Shown: positions 1 to 12,312, numbered from the stretch's first letter. The stretch is 64,000 nucleotides of DNA from Raillietiella orientalis (GCA_036172245.1 JAYWIR010000029.1:372001-436000), one strand, 5' to 3'. Numbers and translations are program-made. Notes: generated by a model from the letters alone, not told the origin.

Positions 1-350
1 CAGAAGACCGAGCCACGAGAGGGGTGCTGTCGAACTTGCAGTCCGCTACCTGCGGCTTGCGACCGGATGGCCCCACCTGGGAATCATTCGGATGGACCTC
101 GAGGGCATCCTGGAAAGGATGGACCCTCCTCCCAGTGGTCAGTGATCCCTCCCCAACCCTCCCAAATCTTTTTGTTTTTTATGTTTTATTTTTCTTTTTG
201 TTTTTTTCCCCCATCCCCTTCCGCTGCCGAGGAGAGTCGCGCCGGTCTGCGTACCGGCGACCCGGCAGGTCCTGTAGTATTGGCCGTAGTGGGGCCTTGT
301 ACCACAATATAGAGAATTTATAATAAACGCCCCGGCGTGACCGGGTGGCA
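1..350 (+). mobile_element. 3' end (ORF2 tail and 3'UTR) of an L1/Tx1-like non-LTR retrotransposon, family B; truncated by the window edge
   Basis: GC-rich. The 3'UTR (C-tract, T-tract, CTGCGT-loop hairpin, AATAAACGCCCCGG-N5-CCGGG terminus) aligns with the 3'UTR of the zf-RVT-encoding element at 17995-18960 (-). Confidence 0.7.
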
Positions 351-2181
351 ACTAACAGTGCTGTTGTGAAGGAGTATGCGACCGATGCAAATACATAAAT
401 GGATAATCAGATACATTGGAGTACCTACAATAAGAGAAGAACAGTGATCTTATACATTCAATTTAAATTTTGGAGAACCACACAAGCATTCTGAAACTAT
501 GCGACTAAAGGATGGATTAGAAGCTTCTCGAACAATATTTTAGCACCATGGAGTCTCTAGAATACAGATATTGATGAACGAAGTATTCTAGATTGATAAA
601 AGCAAAATTCGAAGTAGGCTTTCAATTCCCTCGCATTTTCATTAAGTCAAGAGTTTCGAGAGATTTTCCAAAACAAAGATTAAAACCAACTGACTATAGG
701 AGAAAAGTTAAGTCAGCACAGTGGCCTTTAATTGAAGCTCAGAATTATCACTAACTGCGTAAAATGAGACCACCATACATTCTAATTCGAGAAACAAAAG
801 GATGAGGGAACTAACCTTGCACGTGTAACACCTTCAATGGGAAAACTTCAGAAACATGAAGTTTAGACTTAAAAGTATCATCAATAAGCATCAGATGAAA
901 GACCACTGTTTCATCGAGTTTAAATACAAATGTAATTACTTTTTGAAATCCTAAGTAGTATATTTTTTCTTGTATTGTCGATGGACTTTAATAAGATATA
1001 CCATCTTAATTTTTGGCATACTCGCAATGCCTCTCATAGTTTGAATAATGATCATTCATCATAGCAAGGTCAACAAAGCATGGAATTCGACAGGGAATTC
1101 AAGATATCAAGACAGAAGCTTATACGTATCTTGCTTTGCTTGAAATTAAGAAAATGTGTAGCGTATAAGAGCAGAAATTTTTGTATAGCTCTAAAGTACC
1201 ATTGTGATCGGAAACTCACTATCTAAATGTTCAGTGTAAAAGACATCTTCATCTGTTCTCATAACCAAAACATAAACAGTCACCGTTGACCATCACTGAA
1301 ATCCAATCAACTTTTCGTTTTTTCACGAAATCACGACGAAAAACCAACACTGCGAGAGAAGTAAGAAAATCGGCATAAAAAATCAGAAGATACATTACAA
1401 AGATACATTACTGCCTATCATCCAAAACCAGAATTTTTTGCTTCAAAAGAACCTGCGTCCCTCCAAGTTTCATGCCGGGGACTTGCAATTCGGGGTGGCG
1501 GACTTCACGCCAAGACGAAGCCAAAAACTTTCCACGACTTCCGCCATGTGACAGTGCTACGATGCAAGTCGCTTCGTTTCGAATCTTGACTGATTAGAAA
1601 AAGAGGAAAATCTGCCAAACGAATTAAAATCCGAAAGATATGCTATTGCAGCATTTGTAAAAAGATGCATTCACTCCCTGAACATTGTAAACAGACATTA
1701 TCTTGAATCACTTCGATTTTGGAATTTAAACGCACTTTTCGGACGCTTTCGGCGTCTCCGTAAAGCATGCTGGAAGTGCCAACACCAATTATCCGAAGCT
1801 TTGTGCACGAGCGTTTTCGTGGGCGAGGAAAGCTATTGAGCCGTGATTATAGCTAGTTGAAAACTTTATCCAATGCTTCGCCAAGGCAGTGACTGATATC
1901 ACTGCCTCGGCAAATTTGGCGTGCCCTAGTGGGCAAATAAATTACTAAGAACAGTGCTTCGTGAATTGTAAATTGCGAAGTGTTTCGTGTTTGTTAAAAA
2001 AGTGTAGTATCAGTGCAGCAGAGGACGTCGACCATTTCCCAGGGCAGGAGCAGCGTGGAGGAAGGTCCGAGCCCCACCTCGACGGCAGGAGCCCAGCAGT
2101 TCGCCGACACGATGCAGGGACAGACGGACAGGACGACGGAAAAGCGGACAGCGTCGGACGGACGTGTGGTGACCCCCGGCC

Positions 2182-3228
2182 ATGTCTGCAACGTCGACGA
2201 CAGGGGTTCAGCCTCCGAGCCCCCACGTGGCGGGAAATTCGAAGGATGAGACGCCATCCTGTTCGACCACGACGACGCGGCCAATGTCCTACGCAGCGGT
2301 AACGGCGGGCACCAATGCCCAACAAAACCGCAGCTTCGGTAAGCCGGAAACAGGGAAAATAGAGAATAAGGATGAACCGGTTATACGGATAAGTCCAGAC
2401 GTGAAGCCTGTCACGTTTAAAAGTGGACTTATCCGTATAAACAACATCAAGGAGGTCTACTGAGCCCTCTTTAAGGCTAACGTCGACTTTGATCGCGTGC
2501 AGGATATCATATCAAGCACTACAGTGTTCCCTATCTACACGGATAGTGAACCCTTAATTGAAGATTTAATCGAGAAGGGGATCAACATACAAGGACGGTG
2601 GATGTGAGGCAACGGCGAGATGCCATACCCCATGGTGTTCCTAGGTGGCGTGTGCATTACCACGAATAAGCAAGCCACATGGAACTTTTTGGCGAAATAT
2701 GGTGAAGTCCTGGACGTGGAGTTCAGGAACTATTCCGGGAAAGTGTTTTCCGGAGATGTAAAAGCCAAAATAAAGTTACTGGAGGGGGCGCAAATTCCAG
2801 GGTTGACGCACATCGACGGCGACTCCCAGGAGGTCTATGTACGCTACAGGCAACAGCCCATTTTCTGCACAGGGTGCAATTACTTTGGCCATAGGGTCAG
2901 TGCTTGTCGAAGATCTAGGTGTTTCCGGTGTGGCAAGCTAGGCCATCAGGTTAGGTCATGCCAGCAGCCGGCGGTATGCGCCTTTTGCAAGGCTCCGGGC
3001 CATGCAAAGTGGAACTGCCCGGAGTTTGCGAACTGGCGAACTATGCGTGGAATTTCCCCCGTGGGGGAAAGGGTGGAAAAACCGGCCGAAGAGCCGAAAA
3101 GGGTGGTCGTGGAGAAGGCGAAGAAAAAGGGCGTAGACCTGAGTGTGTCTGAGGACGGTTTTGTGGAAGTAAGGAGGAAAGGGAAAAAGGGGGTCCCCCA
3201 AAGGAACAGAAAGTCTCCGAGGAGGTAA
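2182..3228 (+). pseudogene. LINE ORF1 (nucleic-acid-binding, 3x CCHC zinc knuckle), disrupted
   Basis: SYAAV N-terminal motif; knuckles CTGCNYFGHRVSAC, CFRCGKLGHQVRSC, CAFCKAPGHAKWNC; in-frame stop at 2461-2463 and a frameshift near 2600. Confidence 0.85.
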
Positions 3229-3234
3229 AAGACT

Positions 3235-6193
3235 TAATCTAAGCTGATCGATCATGTCTTGCACAGATCATGTCTTCGGAAATTGAGAACCGCATACAAG
3301 GTTTTCGTGGCATGCGAACATTGCTGTCCGATCATTTGTCGGTGCGGTTCTCCCTACGAACAGAAAATCCTCTTCGACGTAAGGCTACCAGGACGGCGCT
3401 CACCTGTATGCCCGCCTGGTTCGAAACGCTTCCCTGTCACCAGGAGGTCATCGAGGCGATTCTGCGAGATGTAACTATGCGCTGAGTCGCCGACTGGGAC
3501 AGCGTGAAGCATAGGATCCATTTATTCTGCAACATGCAGTTTGGCAATAAGAGACTGAGGCAGGAAGCGTACCGGGAGCTAAACACCTAAGCCCGCTCAT
3601 TCTCAAAGTATTACGAACAGTACGAGAGTCGATATGTCTTCCGAAATGTGAAAGGGGAAGTCGGCGTACTAGAAAAGAAGAATCTGGCAACAGATATCTT
3701 CTGCATCCAATCGGTGGCTATGGTCGACACACAACAGAAGACATCATGGATGCCTTTCAAAAAGCATTACACGCGACACTTCCAACAACAATTGTGTTTT
3801 GCAAATCAAAAGTTCTTCACGAAACATTTAGGGAAGATGGATGACCTTCAACGGGAGAGAATGGAAGAGGATTTCTCCAAAGAGGTGAAGGCTGCGTTTC
3901 TGGAATTGCGCAAGGATGTGGCGGCAGACCCTGATAGTGTTCCCATCACGCACTATCAGCGGTAATTGCATGCCTACCTGCGTTTGTTCCACCAGCTGAC
4001 CCTCTGAATCCGAGAAGAAGGACGGTTACCAGAATCCTTCTACGAGAGTCGGATGAGATTGCTGCCAAAAGGAGGCGACCTAACCAAGGTTAACCAATGG
4101 AGGCCAATCTCAATCCTGAACTCAGATGCCAAATGGTTGGCAAAACTTTAAGCCAATCGCTTAGGCAAAGTAATGCCGAGGCTTATTTCTCCCATCCAGA
4201 CATGTGCGGTGTCCGGACGCCACATGTCAGACAACGTCAAGTGTACCCAAGCTATGGTAGGACTCAGCCGATTTATCGGTGAGAACCTAGTGCTGGTATT
4301 CACTGACATGGAGAAAGCCTCTGAAACTATCGATCACGGGATGCTGCTGAAGATTCTGGAAAAGTTGGGCCTTCCGGAATACTTCAGCAACTTTGTAAGG
4401 ATGATACTCTGGAAGCAGTACTTCCGAATTAGGATCAACGGTGAAGAGACGGCAGCTCTCAGAATGGAACGGGGAGTCCGTCAAGGCGACTCTCTGAGTC
4501 CAATGCTGTTCGTCATTTACATGGAGGCACTGTCTTCTTTCATTGAAAAAAGCGGACATTTGCACGGGATTACCATTGATGACCAGAAGCTCACACATTT
4601 GGCTTACGCATACGACCTCGTGTTCTTCATCAAGGAGGAACGAGAACAGAAAGCGCTTCTAAACGTAATCGAGCTAATGGAAATAGGATTGGGCTTGAAA
4701 ATCAATGCCCAGAAGAGCCAACTTTCGCCTGTAGGAATCCTGGACCTTTCCATGCTCACGGGGAGAGGACTCCGAACAGTGGATACCGACAAATACCTAT
4801 GAGTCCACATCGGCGACGATTCGGCCTCGAAGCTTCTATGGACAGAAATCCTAGGGAAAATAGCAAAGGAAGCAGCAAGATATACGCAACTAGACTTTGG
4901 AATGAAGAGGAAGGCCAACCTTTGGAATGGAGTGCTCCTTCCAAAGGTACTATTCGGAGCAGCCTTCCACAGAACGAATAAGGAAATCACGAGAGAGATC
5001 GAGAAGCGCAAGACCCTATGGGGAACTTATCGCCCTAGAGTTAGACTGAAACCTTTGTGTCGTCCCAAGGAAGAAGGTGGAACGGGGATGAAGTCGCTTG
5101 CACATTCCATGGAAATCATGGATACGCGACACATCCTAGATATCGCCGTCCACTGGGACGACTAGCCGTATGCGGCGCATAGGGCCTCTTCGATGATGAT
5201 AAACAACTCGAAAGGCCTGATGACGGCACTGCTAGGCCGAGCAGGGGAATGGTTCACCATTGACCCCACCTGGAGGAGAAAAACGGCTGGTACGGAAACA
5301 CCAACTTAAAATCATACCCAGAAGCAAGGAACTCTGGCAGGATGAATCCATCCTGGTGATCCCGTGGATGCTTCCAGTGCTCCAGGACACGAGAAGCTGG
5401 ATCTACCAGCGGCCCACAGTTTCCATGCAACGAATCCAGGAATGGAGAAGAGGAGGGTGCCTACATCATGCTTGTATACTTCAGTATATAGAGATGATGT
5501 TAAGGAGATTCACCCATAGGACACGCGAGGTGTGGAAAAACCACAATGACTTTGCGTGGTCCAGGGTGAATAAACAGAACCTTCGCCGCTTAGGAGGAAG
5601 AGGATCAAGACATCAGTGCCCTCCAGGAAGCCGTTGATCGCTACGGGAGTGACAGGATCAACCTGTTAGCGATTGGCACGACGCTATGGAGAAGTGACCT
5701 TCCTTCGGACACCCAGGACAACCTCCTGATGTTTTATCGTGGAGGAATTCTGATTGGATCAAGATTGAAATACTTCACTGGAAAGCGGGAAGATGAAGAC
5801 TGCCAGGAATGTGGAGACACAGACAAGAGACTACATATCTTGACGTGTCCCACATTGCTTCGAAACTGGCTGATCCTGAAAAGGATCATAGGAATGGCCA
5901 CCACTTCAGTGATGGAAATACTTGCCGGGATGTTTCAACGATCTGGAAATGTTCCCTGCTACAACCTAATGGTAAGAACGACCATCGCTCTCTTCATCAC
6001 CGGCATACTTGTGCGGTGGTGGAAAATGAGGAAAGCCAGAAGAGATGCACCCCCGATGGAGATTCTACAAGGATTAATCCAAAAGGAGATCGGTATTAGG
6101 AATTGTGGTAGACTCCAGCCCTGAGCGTACCGTTACATCCTGAAGAGGATTGAGGACGACGCTCAGGCAACAACACCAAGAAACCCACCTTAA
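3235..6193 (+). pseudogene. LINE ORF2 (APE remnant - reverse transcriptase - zf-RVT), disrupted
   Basis: LIDHV...LSDH (APE end); WRPISILNSDAK (~4098); DMEKA; GVRQGDSLSPMLF; YAYD (YADD mutated); GLKINAQKS; KEEGGTG; CQECG...HILTC. Multiple frameshifts and stops. Confidence 0.88.
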
Positions 6194-7709
6194 AGCACAG
6201 AAACTTTTGAAACCCCAAACAGTGTAAGTGAACGTGTTTGAATTGTAGGTAAATAAATTTACCCCACCCCTTGTGGGACTTGGGGAAAATCGGAAGCTAG
6301 ACTTTATCGGAGGCTTTTACCGTCAGATTATGAGATCAAGATCAAACTGAAAAGGTTTATGCCAAAAGAGCGATTCTTCCTGATTTCATCTACTCAGTAA
6401 TCCTGTTAAATAATTCTGCTCCTATGCAGCACTTCACACTGAAACAAGTGATGCAAAGGTCCCCCTAACCAACCTCCAAGGGTTGTGTATCATGGAATGC
6501 AAACAGTACATGTTACAAGAGACCACAAACGTGAAATATTCAACAAGTGAAAAACAGTACACTTCCAATGACCTAGTTATACAGAGAGAAATGAATATCT
6601 TTCAGCAAGCTGCTTTAACTGATAATTCACCATCTCATTAGAACAGTCTGATTAATATCAAGACTCATGATAAGGAAAAATTTGCAATTATTATAATTTT
6701 AATACATCTAAACTAGGAGGATTATAAAAGCTGTACATTAAATGCATAAACTGTTCAATTATCCTTGGGAACATCTTTGTCAAGCCACTTTAACTTTTCC
6801 TACGAAAATTTTAATTGTGTTGAAAAGCTCTAAAAGAAAACTAGACTCTTATTTGAAAAATCAAACAAGCAAGGACGAAAGGAAATGGGCATTCAGAATA
6901 AAAGCTCGTCGTGGTAGGAAAACTAAAACTAGTTTAACTTTCTTCAAAGATCAACAGCTACTTCAGAAATAAAACCTTAGAATCTAGCATCATGTTTGAG
7001 AAATCTGATTTATTTTAGAATTTTCGTTGGAACATGAATTTTAAAATGCAATTAAAACGACTGCAATCCGATTTTGTTTTCAAGTCAGTTGGCTAATTGA
7101 TATATTGAATGTAATAACGAATGAATTCGTCGTTTGTATAGAGAGACATATTATACACCAATTATACGTACCTATTATAAAGTTGCAAAAATGTCTGGAT
7201 TTCACAAAGCTAAATGATGGTGCTTATAGTGTTTAAAGAATTCATCTCTGTAGTTGTAAAGCACATATGATTTTGATGGTGCAATGTCAATTGTGATTGA
7301 TTAATGGGTTTTGAGAATTACTCTTAAATTATTCAGATATTCGAGACTTGAGTGTGGTTACGGAATAATTCAAGAGAAAACAAAGATTTCTATTCCAAAC
7401 AAACATTTGGATGACTTGTTGTAATTGAAATGGTTCTTGAAAGTTGCCTGATAAATATTTCATCATTTATCTCCTACTTTTTTGCTCCCCCCCCCTGCAT
7501 CTTTCTTCCGATTTAAAAGTATTCTTATTGGAACATGATCAGAGTTCTTAATGAAAATGCAGTTTCACAACACAAAGATGGGTTGATTAATGTCATTTCA
7601 CACAAAGAGAGAGGGTAACCGTGAATTTGCTTAAAAATAACGAAATGTGCTAGCTGTTGAAAATGAAGCTGTTAAGCTGTTGAAATGCTTATTGTGGGTC
7701 AGGTATTTC

Positions 7710-9605
7710 TCGCCTGGCCAACTTGTGGAACGGCATGTTCCTTCCCAAGGTGTTCTTCGGGGCCTTCTCCTGCCGAATCGACTAGAAGACGAGGACGGAA
7801 GTGGAGCAGCTGCAGAGGAAGATCATGTGGCGAGAGTGCAAGCTGCCAGTCCGGCTCAAGTTGCTGTGCCGACCGCGAGAAGAAGGTGGGACCGGATGAA
7901 GTCGCTGCCCCAGGCCATCGATTACCTGGATGAGCAATTTTTGTTTATCGAATTAATTATTGTTACATCTGCAGATCGATTCTGGATGGCTCTGCCTGCT
8001 CTTCCTGGTTTTCCTATATGATTGATGAGCTGCTGTTTAGTTGACAGTGGATTGGTCTTTGGGTTGTCCTTCCTTCATTATGTAACGGATAGGGTCGCTT
8101 GCATCGTCGGGTGGATGCCCCAGTCTGTGCATCCAGTAGATGTCTCTACTTGCCCTGATGCAGCAGGATACGGCCAGTCTTCTTAACTTTTGGGCTTTAA
8201 TTCCTAGTAATTTCAGCAAAGCATCATTCTTGGTATCCCACGATCCTAAAGCTCCCACGATGAAAACCTGCATGATTGCTGTTTTTCCAGTCTGATTAAT
8301 CATGTGGATCAAATTCTCATATTTTTCTTTTCTTTTGTCATGCTTCAGTGAACGCGTTTTCTTTGCCTTCGAATGGGCAAGTATGGCCCATTCGAAGGCA
8401 TATGCATTGGGAAGAGTGTGTGGCCTTATGCAACCCAGAGGGCTTTACTCGAGTGACCTGCTGTCGGCACTCATTGGCAAACGTGGAGAATGGGATACCA
8501 TCGACCCCACGTGGAAACGGAAACAGGCACTGGTGGCCAAACACCGCTTCAAAATTGTGCCCTGAAGCAAAGAGTGGTGGATGGAAGAACTGGCCATGGT
8601 CATCCCGTACCCAGGGACACCTGGGAGTGGATGTTCGAGAGGCCAGCAATGACCATTCGCGACTGTGAAGAGTTTGCAACCGTGGGCAACGTCCACAAGA
8701 TGCGCCTGTTTCGCTACGCGCAAACCATGAGTGGAAGATTCACCAGCAAGACGCGAGAACTTTGGATGCTTCAGGCATACAACGCTTGAATCCTGACCAC
8801 CAAAGCCAACATCCGCGACACAATGAAGCAACATTACCAGAAGAAAGACGTCCTCGCTATATCTGCCAACCGCTACGGGACAAGGATAGTGAACCTGCAG
8901 GTGGCTGGAACTACAGTCTTTGAGAGCGATCTACCACAAGACACTCAGGACAACCTCCTCCTGTTCTACCATGGAGGCATCATGAGTAGGAACAGGATAG
9001 CAAACTGGACTGGCAACATCGATGACGAGGTCTGCAAGGCGTGTGGTAACAGGGGAACCCAGGTGCACGTCTTCAACTGTCCGACGCTGCGTCAGGACTG
9101 AGGCATGCTGAAGGCGGTGATTGGCCTGCAGAGGACCACAAGAGTGAACATCTTAGCAGGAAAGGTTCGACGGGAACCCCAATATTCTGTTATACAATCC
9201 CATGTTTCGAACCAACATCGCCCTCTTCAACACAGCAATTGTGATCAGAGGGGCAAAGATGTCAAATACGGGGGCTACAGCGCCTGCTATCGCCACACTT
9301 CAAGGACTCATCAAACGAAAGATTGAGATCAGAAAGTGTGGCAGGAAACCCGCCTGGACGTACCGCTACATCTTGCAGAAAATTGCGGACTTGACCCGAG
9401 CGAGTACACCGCTCTCCATCCCCCAGTGACCTATTCAGAGGAAACCACCCTGATCGGGACATTGCAGACTCTACTTGCGCAAAAAGCGAACTGAGGAAAT
9501 CCACAGAGGTAACGTGAGTGCATGTGTGAGTTACTGTTGTTGCCATGGAGCCACTTGTTGGTGATTAATAAACTCACTCCACCGCTTGTCGGAACTAGGG
9601 AAAAA
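7710..9605 (+). mobile_element. 5'-truncated family A LINE copy 2, split by a nested insertion (parts ~7710-7935 and ~8401-9605)
   Basis: Left part reads RLANLWNGMFLPKVFFGA...RLKLLCRPREEGGTG/MKSL, homologous to 4902-5165. Right part reads GEWDTIDPTWKRK, SDLPQDTQDNLLLFY, CKACG...HVFNC, IRKCGR. Same AATAAA + hairpin end (9567-9600). Confidence 0.88.
7937..8385 (-). mobile_element. 5'-truncated Utopia/NeSL-like (restriction-like endonuclease) non-LTR retrotransposon fragment
   Basis: Minus-strand translation TCPFEGKENAFTEA*QK/KEKYENL...VFIVGALGSWDTKND...IRASRDIYWMH matches the REL C-terminus typical of the NeSL/Utopia group. Stop at 8037, then a short 3'UTR. Confidence 0.8.
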
Positions 9606-12312
9606 TTGTAGATATATGGATTTTTATAATGTTCAGTTTTTTCCAAAGGGAAAATCATCAGCAGATTAAGTGAGGTTCGAGGAACGCTCACCCATTATCA
9701 CCGAAGCAACTGATGACTCTATGTCGAGGGCAACACATGCCATTTACTCCGTTGTTGCCATTATCGGTCTCAGAGTCCAATCTCATTAGCGGATCATGGT
9801 GAATCCATACCATATTTCATATAATCTGTCGAGAAAGAATCTGCATCATCGAGACACTCCTGTATCTTTACAAGGAACTTTTCAAATTACCGATTTTACA
9901 TATACTGAGTTTCATTAAAGGCACAGTAAACTGCATATATATTATTTACATTTATATTTAAGTTCCAGTAGGTACCCGAATGTTTTCTGGAATTTGTGAT
10001 CTCTTGAGAACGGATAGAAAAGGATGAGATACAGCAACGTTTCGTTTGCAATTGAAAATTAATTAAATAAGCATATATTATGGTTGCCGGAAAGAACTCT
10101 GTTTGATTAATTTACCTGTCAATGTAATAACTAGTATTGTAGTGCTATGAAATGAAAACAAGAGAGCTATTTGGTATATAATCCTTTGGAACCCTAATTT
10201 TTTTATTTTCTTGGGACACTGTTATGGAGTTAAATGTTCATCTTAAGCAGATGGCAAACAAAAAGAGCACAGTAAATTATCGTCTTGGAAGTGCTGCCAG
10301 GGTTCTAATATCTCCATCAGTTTTGGAAAAGGCTCAAAGGATTTTCGTTCAAAATTTTTCGCTAAAACCAAAATTATCCAATCATGCTTTTCATGAAAAG
10401 AAGCTGTTCTATATTAGCCAGTAATATCAACAGAAGTTTATTCCATTTTATAATTGAGAAAATACGCTAATGTAATGCTAATTATACTATTCCATGCAAT
10501 ATTCGAGTCGGTTCAGCACTTATAAGCAAATCGCAAATACTGTTTTAGGACTCATGTTTATGTGGAGTTATTCGAGAATGATTATCGCAGTTATAAAAAA
10601 AAAAATTCGGGATTGATTCGTTTACAATGAAATTACCTGCCTAATAATAGTTATGTTTCCAAACATCGGTGTATATTTGCATGTCATATGCATTTCATGA
10701 AAGCTATACTAAACAGAAAATCTATGCCGCTATTCTCCGCTGTAAACTGAGTAATTGAAAGAAATCGTCGAGGTTTGTTTCAACTTACGTATTATATGAA
10801 AATTGAGGGAACAATGGAAAAGTTAATTGAAATTTTTCTTGACTCTTCACAAGTCAGTTTCTTCGAAGGTGGATTTAAATAGTTTTGAATTTCAAATTTC
10901 AATAACTCCTCTGTGGTGATCTTTCAAGCATGGTCAATTGTTTGCAAAAGTAAAACCAGTATTTACTTTGGTTTTCCAAATGAAGTGATTTTTGTGGAAG
11001 CATCACGATGAAACCATTTAATTGGCTACTAGCTGATGGACTTGATCTAAATTTATTTTTTTCAAATAATAAAATCGCCTGTAAATGCGTATAAATATAT
11101 GTCCTTGCAAGTGATTTTATTTCATTTTACTGATGAGGAAATATAAATACAAAAGAAAAGAAGCAATGTTAGCTTAATTCTCAAGGTTTGGCACTAGAAA
11201 CAATCTATTCCAAATTGATGAAAAGAAATTAAAAATAGATGTTATTATAGCTAGACTAAAATCTTAATGAGAAATTTTATTTTTATAACTGCGATAATTT
11301 TTTGAATTCTTATTTCGAATTCTTGACAAGTCTTTTCCAATAAGGAAACTCAGATTTGTTTTTGGATGAACAAAAATACAAGAATCAAATTTTCTTGAGA
11401 TAATATTCTTTCTCCACTTAATATAGGCATAAACTTTGGTGAGATTCCTTAATTTCAGACAACTAGCTTTTTTACTTTATGGTTCAAATATTTCAAAGTT
11501 TCCAGAATGGTGAATGCCAGTTTTGATGCAGAACATCATACAGAAACAAATGATTTAAGAAGAACTTAAAGTAAAGGACATTAAATTTATATAAATGTAT
11601 GATTTTGGTACTCAAAGCTGCTAGTTGTGATGTACCCTTTAGAATCAATTACAAAGTTTGCTTTCAGGATTTTTTAACATGTAACTTCCGGAATTCATTA
11701 AATTCTAGAGCGCATTTTCTTTGTTCTTTTGAAAAAATACTACCAAAAATACTAGTATAGTATATGAATTCCAGAAATGCAAAATTTTTTGTTAAAATTT
11801 CTTGTGTTTTTGAAATAACTTGGTAATTCATAACCCCATAGCCACGAGCGTGTCTCACGTCGGCTGTAGCACTTGCATGAATCAAAGAGTTTATCTGGCT
11901 TTCTTGTGTATGAATTGAGTTTACATACATATGTGACAATAATTCTCATGTGTGATAAGTGATGATCATCTGATGTGACTTAGTTTTCGATTATTTTTTG
12001 TGCTTTGCAAAATTAATGATTGCATTCCCATTTCTTGGGGTAAATTGTTGCGTATTGAAGTTGGTTATTTGAAGTTTGGTTTGCATATATCTTTAAGCAT
12101 TTTTTACCAACGATTCAAGTTTTGCGACACCGAATATTGCCCCTTGTGGGAAATTGTTTAAGTTTTCTTCGGCACGGTTTTTTTTTCGGTGCGTTTATTT
12201 TTTTTGTTTGGTTCTTGAGTGATTATTTTGTACAGAATTTGAACCCTAAATTTCATATATTTCACTAATTTCACATAATAATAACAGTGATGATCTAAAA
12301 CCTATTGAAGTA

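Larger units (their letters stand above)
1880..6290 (+). mobile_element. Degenerate near-full-length L1/Tx1-like non-LTR retrotransposon, family A copy 1
   Basis: Gag-like ORF1 with three CCHC knuckles, APE C-terminal remnant, RT motifs and a C-terminal CCHC. Ends in AATAAA (6252) plus a hairpin (6262-6285). Many stops and frameshifts. 5' boundary is approximate. Confidence 0.9.

Noticed and set aside
1851..1878. Possible degraded TSD of LINE copy 1 (AGCTAG..ACTTTATC..GCTT versus 6295-6317)
   Set aside because: Needs a 6-bp gap and several mismatches; too weak to set boundaries.
7647..8021. ORFs 7647-8021 and 7685-7933 (Cys/Ser-rich) as novel proteins
   Set aside because: Alternative frames of the decayed LINE ORF2 fragment.
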